Part shown: piece after piece, positions 9,404 to 23,280 of the stretch
Layout: every line of letters starts with the position of its first letter
How positions within the stretch are numbered: the first letter of the stretch is position 1
NCBI GenBank assembly: GCA_964291625.2
Contig: OZ220089.1
Span: 1,024,001-1,088,000 of the forward strand
Length of the DNA: 64,000 nt
Reading direction: 5' to 3'
From: Candidatus Latescibacterota bacterium
GTDB taxonomy: Bacteria; Latescibacterota; UBA2968; UBA8231
Notes under the pieces: generated by a model
Told to the model about the DNA's origin: nothing
The model's input: the letters and a program-made list of their open reading frames with translations, nothing else
The model's database searches: none
Position numbers and translations under genes: made by a program

Positions 9404-9990
9404 TGGAACGGCCGCAGGAACTCACCGGCCCGGAGAACGGCAGGTCCACGGAGGTCGCCGATGCCGCCTACCGCCGCAGCGTCGGCCTCGGCGGCGAGGT
9501 CCGCAAGACGACGATCGGGCTGCTGGTCAACGACCGCCCCGGCGTGCTCATGCGCATCAGCCAGGTCTTCAGCCGGCGGGGCTACAACATCGAGTCCCTG
9601 GTCGTCTCCCCCGCCCACGTCATCCCCGAGACTTCCCGGATGACGATCACCTGCTCGGGGCCGGCGGACGTGCTGCACCAGATCATCCTCCAGCTCGACA
9701 AGCTCGTCGACGTGATCCACGCCCACGACCACACCGACGACGCCGCCGTCACCCGCGAGCTGGCCCTGTTCAAGGTCGCCTGCACCATCGCTCAGCGCGG
9801 CGAGGTCCTGCAGATCACCGAGGTCTTCCGCGGCAAGACGGTGGACATCTCCGACGAGACGATCACCGTCGAGGTCACGGGCACGACGGAGAAGATGGAC
9901 GCTCTCGAGAAGATGCTGGCCCGGTTCGACCTGCGGGAGATGGTGCGCACCGGCAAGGTGGTCATGGCCCGGGGCACGGACGTGACCTGA
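9403..9990 (+). CDS. ilvN: Acetolactate synthase small regulatory subunit
   Basis: ACT domain LVNDRPGVLMRISQVFSRRGYNIESL, RELALFKV and EMVRTG; TGATG coupling to ilvB. Confidence 0.93.
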   Translation: MERPQELTGPENGRSTEVADAAYRRSVGLGGEVRKTTIGLLVNDRPGVLMRISQVFSRRGYNIESLVVSPAHVIPETSRMTITCSGPADVLHQIILQLDKLVDVIHAHDHTDDAAVTRELALFKVACTIAQRGEVLQITEVFRGKTVDISDETITVEVTGTTEKMDALEKMLARFDLREMVRTGKVVMARGTDVT

Positions 9991-9994
9991 TCCG

Positions 9995-10948
9995 GTGCCC
10001 GGCGCCGCGAGAAACCACGAACAGGAGGACCGTATCCACCGGCCATGCCGCCGATGGCCCGGGGCCGCTCTCGCCCTGGCCGCCGGCCTGTGGGCCGCCC
10101 CCGCCCTCGGCGGCGCCTGGACCGTGCCCGCCTCCGGCTTCTGGGGCAAGGTCAGCTGGTTCCGCCAGACCACCGGCGAGTGGTACATCGACAGCTCCCT
10201 GCCGATGGTGGTGCAGACCGCCGACGGCGTCGAGATCACCCAGGTCCCTGCCGGGAGCCGGCAGCCCTACCGCTTCGGCGGCGAGTACCGCTCGATGGCG
10301 GTCTTCGCCGAGGGCTTCTACGGCGTCGCGGACTGGCTGAACCTCGGCTTCCAGATCCCGTACTTCGACCAGGTCTACCAGGACAGCACGCGCACCGAGG
10401 CGCCCAGCGACGCCGGCTTCAGCGACCTGCGGATCTACACCAAGCTCCGGGCCCTGCAAGCCCCGGCGGTGCTGACTCTCAAGCTGGGGGCCAAGGTCCC
10501 CACGGGCGACTTCAGGAACGAGGACGGCCTGATCCCCGTGGGCGAGGGCCAGTGGGACTTCGATCTGTTGATGCAGGCGGGGCGGTCCTTCTGGCCGCTG
10601 CCGGCGTACGCCAACGTGGAGGCCGGGTACCGCCTGCGCATGGAGAACGAGGACGTGCAGCGGGACCCGGGCGACGAGTGGCTGGTCAACGCCGAGGCGG
10701 GCTGGTCGCCGCGGCCCCGGCTGCTGCTGGCCCTCAAGCTGGAGCTGCTCCACGGAAAGGCGGGCACCTCCTTCGGCTTCGAGAACCCCAGCCTCAAGAA
10801 GAGGATCGTCTACCTGGCGCCGACCGTGAGCTGGACCCTGTTCGGAGAGACGGCGGCGGAACTGGCCCTGCGGCGCACCCTGGCGGGGCGCAACTTCCCG
10901 GCCGGGAATCAGCTGACCGTCGGACTGTCGACGCGGGGCGGTCTCTGA
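9995..10948 (+). CDS. Putative outer-membrane beta-barrel / transporter family protein
   Basis: Signal peptide, GFSDLRIYTK and KVPTG...GEGQWD motifs, alternating beta-strand pattern. Confidence 0.6.
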   Translation: MPGAARNHEQEDRIHRPCRRWPGAALALAAGLWAAPALGGAWTVPASGFWGKVSWFRQTTGEWYIDSSLPMVVQTADGVEITQVPAGSRQPYRFGGEYRSMAVFAEGFYGVADWLNLGFQIPYFDQVYQDSTRTEAPSDAGFSDLRIYTKLRALQAPAVLTLKLGAKVPTGDFRNEDGLIPVGEGQWDFDLLMQAGRSFWPLPAYANVEAGYRLRMENEDVQRDPGDEWLVNAEAGWSPRPRLLLALKLELLHGKAGTSFGFENPSLKKRIVYLAPTVSWTLFGETAAELALRRTLAGRNFPAGNQLTVGLSTRGGL

Positions 10949-11024
10949 TCGCCCGGGGGTGGATCCCCCGGAACCCGGCGGCGGTTGGGCTTGCGGCCCA
11001 CCAGGTGCCCGGGGGCGCCCGGCT

Positions 11025-11444
11025 CTAGGTCCTGACGGCCAGGACGATGGTCCGGTTCTGCAGGCGCCTCGCTGGATCGTAGAATCGAATCCCCCCGTCG
11101 AACAACTGGTAGAACGTCGACCCGCCGCCGGCGGCCTCCGCGAAAGCAGTCCAGAGGTCGAACTGCTCGTAGTAGGCTCCTCCCGTATTCTGGTAGAACT
11201 TCTTGATGTAGACTTCGATCAGCCCCGATGGAGTGATCCTGGGGTCGAAGAACACGTAGCTGTCCGACCAGCCGTTCGGTTCCCAGGCTGCTTCGGAGGC
11301 GGAGAACTCGATCAGGTCTATCGAGAGTTGGGCATCCGCCCCCGCGGGACCGGGTGGTCCAGGAGGACCCGCAGGTCCCGTCGGCCCCTCGATGCAGGCC
11401 GACAGAACCAGCAGGACGGCGGCGGCACCCCTCCAGGCGGTCAA
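11025..11444 (-). CDS. Small lipoprotein with short collagen-like (Gly-X-Y) segment
   Basis: Lipobox VLSAC followed by EGPTGPAGPPGPPGPAGAD; TTG start 12 nt after the receptor stop. Confidence 0.72.
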   Translation of the reverse strand: MTAWRGAAAVLLVLSACIEGPTGPAGPPGPPGPAGADAQLSIDLIEFSASEAAWEPNGWSDSYVFFDPRITPSGLIEVYIKKFYQNTGGAYYEQFDLWTAFAEAAGGGSTFYQLFDGGIRFYDPARRLQNRTIVLAVRT

Positions 11445-11455
11445 TCCCGGTTCCC

Positions 11456-14406
11456 TCAGAACTCGACCCCGAGCTGGGCGTGGGCCAGCCGGCCCACCTC
11501 CGGGGCGCCGATGAAGGACCGGTAGGCGCTGTCGAGGACGTTGTCCACGCTCACCAGCAGGTGCAGGCCGTCGGCGAAGGGCAGGTCGTACCGGGACCGC
11601 AGGTCGAGGCTGGTGTACGAGTCCACGTCGCCCACGTAGACCCCCGAGTTCATGGGGAATCCGCCGGTGTAGCGGAAGCGGGCGCCGAGCCCGAGGTCAT
11701 GCTGCGGCAGGCGCCAGGACCCGCCCACGTTGAACTTGTGCATCGGCGCGTTGAGGGCGACATCGGCGATCCCGTCGAGCTTCGGGAAGAGGTCGTCGCT
11801 GACGAAGGAGTAGCCGCCGGTGAGGTTCCAGCTCTCCCCGGGGTAGTAGCCGAAGGCGAAATCGAGCCCGTAGAAGGTGATGTCGCCGAAGTTGCGGTAG
11901 GTGAGGAGCACCGCCGTGGGGTCCCAGGCCTGCTCCGGCGAGACCGTGCCGAAGGGGATCCCGGCCGCGCCCGAGGCGAAGATCGTCGCCAGCTCGTCGG
12001 CGGCGCTGCCGTCCTTGTCGCCCTCGATCACGCCCGGGAGGGAGAGCGCGTCCAGCGCTCCCAGGACCTGGGCCACCTCGGCGAGATTCGGGTCCGCCAA
12101 CTGCGCGGCGAAGGCCGGCTCCAGCACCGCCATCAGGCTCTGCGGGTTCAGGAAGACGCTCGGGGTCTCCACCGCCAGGGGCCCCACGAAGCCCTCCACC
12201 CGGGTCTGGTAGAGGTCGGCCGACACCACCAGGTCGTCGGCGAGGATCCCCTTGTAGCCTACCTCCAGGGTCTGGGTAATGGTCGACTCCGTGCCAGGTA
12301 CGTCGTTGGCCTCGGCTACCGGGTCGAAGCCCTGGGTCGCCAGGTTCAGCCGGCCCAGGCTGTTGGTCAGGCCGGGGAGCTGCTCCGGCACGAGGGACGG
12401 CAGGACCGCCAGGACCGCCGCCGCCTGCTCCTGGGCCGTGGTCTGGGCGGTCTCGGCGTCCATGCCCTGCTGCACCAGCATGCCGGCGATCAGGCCCGGC
12501 GCCAGGAGCTGCAGGGCCGGAGTGACCTGATCGAGGACGGCGGCCCGGCCGATGCCCCACTGGACGTTCGTGACCACCGGATCGTCGAGGGCGATGTAGC
12601 CGTCGCCGTCGATCGAGTATCCCGGGTCGCCGGGGTTGAGGCCCATCAACTGAAGGGTGCCGTGAATGGTCGGCTGGAAGGAGGAGCGGTACATGGCCCT
12701 TCCGTCGGCGCCCCGGCGGAAGGTGAACCCGCCGTCCATTCCGCTGCGGTAGCTCCCCTGGGCGCGGACGTCGACGTTGGGGTTGTAGCCGAGGACCGGC
12801 TCGAAGGCCTCCAGGGGGGCGAAGACCGCCGGCTGGGCGAGCAGATCCAGGAACAGGTTGTTCGTGGAGGGCGTCGAGAAGGCGCGGTTCCAGGTGAGGC
12901 GGAAGGACTGCGTCTCCTGCGGCTTGTAGACGATGCCGGCCCGCGGCGAGAGCTGGGCCTCGTCGAGGCGGCTGTGGCTGTCGTAGCGCAGGGAGAGGAC
13001 GAGGTCGAGCTGCGGGGTGAGGCCGGTCTCGCTCTGCAGGTAGGCGCCGATCTCGTCGATGGCGTCGTCCTCCTCGTTGCCGCCGGTGATGGTGCCCTCG
13101 GTGCGGGGGCGGGTGAACTGGGCGTCCAGGCCGTAGGTGAAGCGCTGGCGGTCGCCCAGCCCGTAGGCGTGCTGCGCCTGGACGACGTCCAGGGTGGACT
13201 TGTCGACCATTGTCTGGCCGGTGCGCAGCAGGTAGGTGTCGTTGGCGTCGCTCTGGTTGCGGTAGTACTGGAGGAACAGGTCGCCGTGGGTGGCGCGGAT
13301 CTGGTGGAAGTTGTAGGTCCAGTCCTTGGCCTGCCCGGCGCCGGCACCCGTCTGCTCGACATGGGTGCCCTGGTTGTACCCGAATGTGTAGACGGCCGTC
13401 AGGTCGTCGGTGGGGCGCACGTCGATCCGGGCCTCGGCGCCCAGGCGCTCGACCTGGTCCTCCCGGGCGCCGATCAACAGGCTCTCCGGGTCGGCGCCGG
13501 CGCCGATCGCCCTCTGGCGCGCCCCGGCCTCCACCGGATCGACGTACTCCCAGTCGGTGCCCGAGTAGTACTGGGCCGAGATCTTGTAGGCCAGGTGCGG
13601 ATTGACGACGCCGGCGTGCCGCATCGAGCCGCTGGCCAGGGAGCGCTCGCCGCCCCCGATCGAGAAGGCGGTGCCCGGGAGTTGAAGGGCGAGCGCGTGA
13701 TGATGTGCATGACGCCGTTGGCGCTGTTCGGCCCGTAGAGGGCCGACCCGGGGCCGAGGACGACCTCGATGCGCTCGATGTCCTGGTTGGTGGCGGGGAT
13801 GAAGTTCTGGGCGTTGAGCCGCAGCGACGGGACGCGGGCGATGCGGTTGTCCGTCAGCGTCAGCAGGGCCCCCGAGAAGACGTTGTTGAAGCCCCGGGCC
13901 ACGACGTTGCTCTGCACGAGGCCGGTCTTGGCGAAGTCGACGCCGGGCTGGTCGCGGACGTGCTCGGCGACGCTCAGGGCCGGGCGGGCCCGGATCTCGG
14001 CGGCCTCGACGATGGAGATCGACGCCGGGGCGTCGAGGGCCTTCTCCTGGCGGCGCGAGGCCGAGACCACGCTCTGCTCCAGGTCGATGACCGCGGCTTC
14101 GAGCTCGAAGTCGAGGGTTGTCCCCTCGGGATCGACGCGCACCCGGGACGCGATGGTGCGGTAGCCGATGTGGGTGACGCGGACCTCGTACATGCCGGGC
14201 GCCAGGGTGACGGAATACTCCCCCTCGGCCCTGGAGACGGCGCCCCTTGGCTCTTCGAGGCCGCCTCCGGTGACGACGACGTTGGTCCCCGGCAGCGCCG
14301 ATCCGTCGCTGTCGGTGATCGTGCCCTTCAGGTCCGCGGCGCCGGCGGCGACGGACCAGGCGGTCATGGTGAGGGCGGCCAGAACGGCCAGTGCTGTACG
14401 GCTCAT
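11456..14406 (-). pseudogene. TonB-dependent receptor with N-terminal carboxypeptidase-regulatory-like domain; one frameshift near 13678
   Basis: The N-terminal frame has a signal peptide, VVSASRRQEK and the plug motif IERIEVVLGPGSALYGPNSANGVMHIITR. The barrel continues in another frame (PGTAFSIGGGE...NVLD...GRLAHAQLGVEF). One extra C restores SPFNSPGTAFS. Confidence 0.85.
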
Positions 14407-14507
14407 GGGATCCTCCCTGGAGATGCTGCAGCGAAGCGCCCTCGCTTCGCGCGGTCCCTTCGGACAGCCCGGTATTATAAGCAATGGGATCGCCCTCCAC
14501 AGACGCC

Positions 14508-14536
14508 TTGCCGGCGTTCCGCCACCGCCTTAAGAT
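14508..14536 (+). promoter_or_regulatory. Putative sigma70 promoter for the oxidoreductase (a divergent TATAAT for the receptor lies at about 14474-14479 on the minus strand)
   Basis: TTGCCG-N17-TAAGAT. Confidence 0.5.
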
Positions 14537-14569
14537 CGCTCGGAACCCTCCCCCAGGAATCGCCGGACC

Positions 14570-15586
14570 ATGACCCCACCTCTGAAGCTCGCCCTCATCG
14601 GCTGCGGCGCCATCTCCCGGTTCCATCTCGACGGCATCGCCGAGGGCAGCGGCCGCATCGAGGTCACCGCCGCCGTCGACACCGATGCGGCCAAGGCCGA
14701 GGCCGTCGCCGCCGAGACGGGGGCCGCGGTCTTCACCTCCCTCGACGACGCCCTCGAGGCGGGCGGTTTCGACGCCGTCGACATCATGCTGCCCCACGAC
14801 CTGCACGAGTGGGCGGCCACCGCCTGCCTGGCCGCCGGCCGGCACGTGCTGCTCGAGAAGCCCATGGCCCCCACCCTCGACGCCTGCGACCGCATCCTCG
14901 AGGCCGCCGCGCGGGCCGGCACCGCCTTCATGGTCGCCGAGAACGCCCAGTACTGGCCCGAGATCGTGCGCGCCGCCGAGCTCGTCGAGGAGGGCGCCAT
15001 CGGCGAGGTGGTCACCGCCCGCGCCGCCTTCGTCTGCGAGTTCGACACCTACTGGTTCCCCGACGCCAGGGCCTGGCGCCTCGACCGCGGCCGTACGGGA
15101 GGGGGCATCGTCATCGACGGCGGCTCCCACTGGATGCGGCCCCTGCGCATGTGGCTCGGCGAGATCGACGAGGTCATGGCCGTCCTCGGCCATCCCCTGC
15201 GGAGCATGCAGGGCGAGTCCCTGTGCCGCGCCCTCTTCCGCTTCCGCTCCGGCGTCGTGGCCGGCTTCGATGCCCTCATGCTCGACACCGTCCTCGGGCC
15301 CGACCCGTGGTGGCGGATCACCGGCACCCGGGGCGAGATCCTGATCGACGGCGCCTTCGAGGGCGGCATCCGCCTCTTCGACGCCGGCCACCGGCAGGGT
15401 CGGCCGGTCATGGAGCCGGCCGGCTACCCCAAGTCCTTCGGCCCCCAGCTGGAGGACTTCGCCCGCGTCGTCCTCGACGGCGCCGAGCCGGCGGCCCCGG
15501 CCGAGCACTCCCTGGGCGAGCTGCGCACGGCCCTGGCCCTGTACCGGTCGGGGGCCAGCGGCGCCTGGGAGAAGGTTTGGGACTGA
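14570..15586 (+). CDS. Gfo/Idh/MocA family oxidoreductase
   Basis: IGCGAIS Rossmann motif, HVLLEKPMA and GGIVIDGGSHW. Confidence 0.9.
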   Translation: MTPPLKLALIGCGAISRFHLDGIAEGSGRIEVTAAVDTDAAKAEAVAAETGAAVFTSLDDALEAGGFDAVDIMLPHDLHEWAATACLAAGRHVLLEKPMAPTLDACDRILEAAARAGTAFMVAENAQYWPEIVRAAELVEEGAIGEVVTARAAFVCEFDTYWFPDARAWRLDRGRTGGGIVIDGGSHWMRPLRMWLGEIDEVMAVLGHPLRSMQGESLCRALFRFRSGVVAGFDALMLDTVLGPDPWWRITGTRGEILIDGAFEGGIRLFDAGHRQGRPVMEPAGYPKSFGPQLEDFARVVLDGAEPAAPAEHSLGELRTALALYRSGASGAWEKVWD

Positions 15587-15721
15587 CCGCCGCCCCCCGG
15601 GGCGGGCGGGACCTGCTTGCGCCCCTGCCGGGGCCCGGTACATTCCGAGCGGACCGCGGCGGGCCGTCCCCCCTCCGCGCACCACCCGAGACCCCACCCC
15701 CCCAACCCAAGATCTGAGAGA

Positions 15722-18427
<2,706 letters not shown>

Positions 18428-18439
18428 CCGTATGCGGAG

Positions 18440-19265
<826 letters not shown>

Positions 19266-19273
<8 letters not shown>

Positions 19274-20144
19274 GCGCAGCCGCGAGGTGCTCGGCAAGGG
19301 CATCCACGCCCTGATCACCGAGTACCCGGAGAGCGACGACGGCCCGCAGGCGCAGGTCGTCGAGCTGCCCGTGGGCGACATCGAGCCCAACCCGCACCAG
19401 CCGCGCCTCGACTTCGACGACCAGGGACTGCGCGAGCTCGCCGACTCGATCCGCGAGAAGGGCATCATCCAGCCCCTGGCCGTGAACCGCACCTCGGCCA
19501 GCAGCTACCACCTCATCCTCGGGGAGCGCCGCCTGCGCGCCGCCCGCCTCGCCGGACTGGAGACGGTGCCCGCCATCGTCCACCAGATCGAGTCGGCCCA
19601 GGATCTGATGGAGCTGGCCCTGGTCGAGAACATCCAGCGCGAGGACCTGAACCCCATCGAGGAGGCCGAGGCCTACCGCGCCCTCATGAGCACCTGCATG
19701 CTGACGCAGGAGCAGATCGCCACCCGCGTCGGCAAGGACCGCTCCACCGTGGCCAACGCCCTGCGCCTGCTGCGCCTGCCCGAGGAGGTGCAGGAGATGC
19801 TGCGCGCCGGCGAGCTGCAGATGGGCCACGCCCGCACCCTGGTCAGCCTCGACGAGAAGGCCGCCCTCGACCTCGGCCGCCGCTGCGCCGCCGAGAGCAT
19901 GACCGTGCGCGATCTCGAGCGCGCCGTCCGCGGCCTCGGCAAGGGCCGGAAGCGCCGCCCGAAGGAGGAGAGCCCCGGCGGCGGGGCCGCCGACGCCGTC
20001 GTGGCCGACTTCGAGTCCCGGCTGCGGCAGCGTTTCGCCACGGCCATCGCCATCCGCCGCCGCCGCGGCAAGGGAAGCATCGAGATCGAGTTCTACGGCG
20101 ACGACGACCTCGAGCGCCTCCTGGGGCTGCTTCTCCCGGAATGA
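19266..20144 (+). CDS. parB: Chromosome partitioning protein ParB/Spo0J
   Basis: LGKGIHALI, PNPHQPR, GERRLRAA, ENIQREDLNPIEEA and HTH GKDRSTVAN. Confidence 0.95.
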
Positions 20145-20926
20145 ACGGGCCCCGGCGCTCCCCGCCCGCCGCCGCGATCCTGGCCGCGGCGCTGGGCGCC
20201 GGCTCCTGCTCGGTCTTCCACCAGGACCTGCCCAACGTCCCCCCCGTGGTGCAGTTGGCCGAGGCCGACACCACCCAGGTGAAGCGCGGCGGCCGGGTCT
20301 CCCTGCGGGTGGGCGCCTCCGACGAGGACGACGACCCCCTCACCTACCGGTGGCGTGCCGAGGCCGGGACCTTCACCGACTCCACCGCCAACGCCACCGA
20401 CTGGGAAGCTCCGAAGGCGATCGAGGGCTCTTCCGAGACTTTCCTGCTCACTGTGACCATCCGGGACGGCGACCCGGAGACCGAGGATCTGGTGGAGAGC
20501 TTCGAGATCGAGGTGGTGCAGCGGCTCCCGGCCCTGCGGTCGGTTCCGGAGAGCCGCACCATCGCCGACCGGGACACGGTGGTCCTGGCCGCCCGGGCCG
20601 TCGATGATGACGGCGACGTACTCACCTACCTGTGGCTGTTTCCCAGAGGCACCGACACGGGCGACTCCCGCGAGCTCCGCATCACCGACGAGGCGGGGGT
20701 GGAGCTGGCCACGGTTCTCTCCCTCGGCACCGGCCACAGGGTGTTGGACGAGGGAACGCCGCGGATCGTCCAGCGGCGCTCGGCGACGGAGAGGGACTCG
20801 GCCCGCGTGCGCTTCATCTCCCTCGCCGAGGCCCGGCACGAGCTCGAGATCGCCGTGACCGACGCCATCGAATCCCCCTCCGACACGGTCTCCGCCCGGT
20901 TCGTGATCCGGGCCGAGGCCCCCTGA
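20141..20926 (+). CDS. Putative lipoprotein with PKD/Ig-like domains
   Basis: Lipobox-like GAGSC; two repeats of NxPP/LP...A(S/V)DxDxDxLTYxW. Confidence 0.6.
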   Translation: MNGPRRSPPAAAILAAALGAGSCSVFHQDLPNVPPVVQLAEADTTQVKRGGRVSLRVGASDEDDDPLTYRWRAEAGTFTDSTANATDWEAPKAIEGSSETFLLTVTIRDGDPETEDLVESFEIEVVQRLPALRSVPESRTIADRDTVVLAARAVDDDGDVLTYLWLFPRGTDTGDSRELRITDEAGVELATVLSLGTGHRVLDEGTPRIVQRRSATERDSARVRFISLAEARHELEIAVTDAIESPSDTVSARFVIRAEAP

Positions 20927-20935
20927 CGGACCGCC

Positions 20936-21715
20936 GTGGAAGCAGCCCAGCTCAGAGCCCTGCTCGACCAGGTCGCCGCCGGCGCGGCGAGCCCGGAGCA
21001 GGCCCTGGAGCGCCTGCGCAACCTGCCCTTCGAGGATCTCGGCTTCGCCCGCGTCGACCACCACCGCGCCCTGCGCCGCGGCTATCCCGAGACGATCTTC
21101 TGCCAGGGCAAGACCCCCGGGCAGACGGTGGCCATCGCCGAGCGCCTCGCCGCCGCCGGGTCCCTGGTGCTGGCGACCCGGGCCGAGCCCGCCACCGCCC
21201 GGGCCCTTGTCGAGCGCTTCCCCGCGGCCGAGCACGACGAGGAGGCGCGCACCGTGGTCATCCTCCCGGATGACGCACCCTCCCCGACGCCCGACGGGCT
21301 CGTCCTCGTCCTGTCGGCCGGCACCTCCGACGTGCCGGTCGCCCGCGAGGCCCTGGTCACGGCCCGGACCATGGGCGCCCATGCCGAGGGGATCTTCGAC
21401 GTGGGCGTGGCCGGCATCCACCGGCTCCTCGCCTGCCGCGAGCGCCTCCTCGAGGCCCGGGCGATCGTCGTCGCCGCCGGCATGGAGGGGGCTCTGGCCA
21501 GCGTCGTGGGCGGGCTCGTGGAGGCCCCGGTCATCGCCGTGCCCACGAGCGTGGGCTACGGGGCCAGCTTCGGCGGCCTGGCGGCGCTGCTGACCATGCT
21601 CAACTCCTGCGCCCCGGGGGTGATGGTGGTCAACATCGACAACGGCTACGGCGCCGGGTACGCGGCGGCGGTGATCAACGCCCGTTCCGCCGGGCCGGAC
21701 GCCCCCGCCCGGTAG
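20936..21715 (+). CDS. larB: Nickel-pincer cofactor biosynthesis protein LarB (PurE-like)
   Basis: FARVDHHRALRRG.PETIFCQGKT, AGTSDVPVA, DVGVAGIHRL, AGMEGAL, PTSVGYG and VVNIDNGYGA. Confidence 0.92.
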   Translation: MEAAQLRALLDQVAAGAASPEQALERLRNLPFEDLGFARVDHHRALRRGYPETIFCQGKTPGQTVAIAERLAAAGSLVLATRAEPATARALVERFPAAEHDEEARTVVILPDDAPSPTPDGLVLVLSAGTSDVPVAREALVTARTMGAHAEGIFDVGVAGIHRLLACRERLLEARAIVVAAGMEGALASVVGGLVEAPVIAVPTSVGYGASFGGLAALLTMLNSCAPGVMVVNIDNGYGAGYAAAVINARSAGPDAPAR

Positions 21716-21717
21716 CC

Positions 21718-22353
21718 TTGGCGGTCGACACGGCTGTCGCCGTCCTCGTGGGGGGGCGCAGCCGGCGCATGGAGGGCCGCGCCAAGGCGGCCCTGCCTCT
21801 CGGCGGCCACACCGTCCTCGAGCGGGTCCTCCACAAGGCCGACGGCCTCGGCTGTCCGGTGGCGCTGGTGGCCGGCCGCGAGGCCGCGGCCGACGGCGTT
21901 GAGCTGGCCGGGTTGCTGGAGCGGCTCGGCCGGCCCGTGGTCCGCGACCTCCACGCTGACGCCGGCCCCCTCGGCGGCCTGGAGACCGCCTTCGCCGCCA
22001 CCGGGGCGGGCCGGGTGCTGCTGCTGGCCTGCGACCTCCCCTTCCTGACCCTTGCGTTTCTGAGCTACCTGCTGTCCCAGGCCGAGGGCGGATCGGCCGT
22101 CGTCCCGGCCGAGGAGGACGGCCGCTGCCACCCCCTGTGCGCGGTCTACCCGGCCTCCTGCCGGGGGGAGCTGAGCAACCACATCGAGACCCGCCGGCTG
22201 CGGGCCCACGACTTCGTCCGCGCCATCGGCGCCCGGCTCCTGCCCCGGCCCCTCTGGCAGCGCTTCGACCCCCGGGACCGGCTGCTGGCCAACCTCAACG
22301 AGCCGGCGGACTACCGCCGGGCCCTGCGGTGGCTGGAGAAGGCCGGCGGCTGA
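21718..22353 (+). CDS. mobA: Molybdenum cofactor guanylyltransferase-like nucleotidyltransferase
   Basis: GGRSRRM..KA, GPLGGL, ACDLP, HPLCAVY and NLNEP. Confidence 0.8.
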   Translation: MAVDTAVAVLVGGRSRRMEGRAKAALPLGGHTVLERVLHKADGLGCPVALVAGREAAADGVELAGLLERLGRPVVRDLHADAGPLGGLETAFAATGAGRVLLLACDLPFLTLAFLSYLLSQAEGGSAVVPAEEDGRCHPLCAVYPASCRGELSNHIETRRLRAHDFVRAIGARLLPRPLWQRFDPRDRLLANLNEPADYRRALRWLEKAGG

Positions 22354-22383
22354 GGCCGGGCCTGGCGACTGCGCGCTCAGGCG

Positions 22384-23241
22384 CTACAGGCTGTGGTCGA
22401 CGATGGAGAGCAGGAACAGCAGCGGCAGGTAGAGCACGGAGGCCCGCAGGAGGCGGCGGGCGTCGCCGGTGGCCCGCGACCGCGCCAGGGTCACACCCGG
22501 TGCGAGCAGCAGCAGGCCGAGGACCAGGGCCCCCGCCCCGTAGAGCATCCCCGACATGCCCAGCGCCGCGGGCAGCACCGAGAAGGCCAGCAGCATCAGG
22601 CTGAAGGCCAGGACGTGGCGGCAGGTACGGTCGCCGCGCTCCTCCAGCACCGGGAGCATGCGGAACCCGCCGCGCCGGTAGTCGTCGCGGAAGATCCAGG
22701 CGATGGCGTAGAAGTGGGGGTGCTGCCAGGCGAAGAGGATGGCGAAGAGCACCCAGGCGCCGGCGTCGAGACCGCCCGTGGCCGCCGCCCAGCCGCCGAC
22801 GGGGGGCAGGGCCCCGGGGATGCTGCCGAGGGAGGTGTTGAGCCAGGTGAGCCGCTTCAGCGGCGTGTAGACGACCACGTAGAGGAAGGCCGTCAGCAGG
22901 GCCAGCCAGGCGGTGAGCAGGTTCACCCCGAGGACGAGCACGATCTGTCCGCCGAGGATCAGGAGGAACCCGAGGGACAGGGCCGTCGACGGCTGCACGT
23001 CGCCGGCGGGCAGGGGCCGGGAGCGGGTGCGCCGCATGAGGGCGTCCACGTCGCGCTCGAGGTAATGGTTGAGGACCCCGGAGCCGGAGGCGGTGAGGGC
23101 GGTGCCGAGCAGGGTCAGGCCGAGGAGGCCGAGGCCGGCCTGGCCCTGGCCGCCGAGGTGGAACCCCAGGGCGGCGGCCACCAGGACCATGGCCACGATG
23201 CGCGGCTTGGTGAGCTCGAAGCAGGCCTGCAGGAGGGTCAT
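22384..23241 (-). CDS. ctaB: Heme o synthase (protoheme IX farnesyltransferase)
   Basis: LTKPRI, ERDVDALMRRTRSRPLP, YTPLKR, PGALPP and WQHPHFYAIAW. Confidence 0.93.
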   Translation of the reverse strand: MTLLQACFELTKPRIVAMVLVAAALGFHLGGQGQAGLGLLGLTLLGTALTASGSGVLNHYLERDVDALMRRTRSRPLPAGDVQPSTALSLGFLLILGGQIVLVLGVNLLTAWLALLTAFLYVVVYTPLKRLTWLNTSLGSIPGALPPVGGWAAATGGLDAGAWVLFAILFAWQHPHFYAIAWIFRDDYRRGGFRMLPVLEERGDRTCRHVLAFSLMLLAFSVLPAALGMSGMLYGAGALVLGLLLLAPGVTLARSRATGDARRLLRASVLYLPLLFLLSIVDHSL

Positions 23242-23280
23242 CGCCGACAGAAGATGACCGTTCTCGGCGATCCCCTCAAA

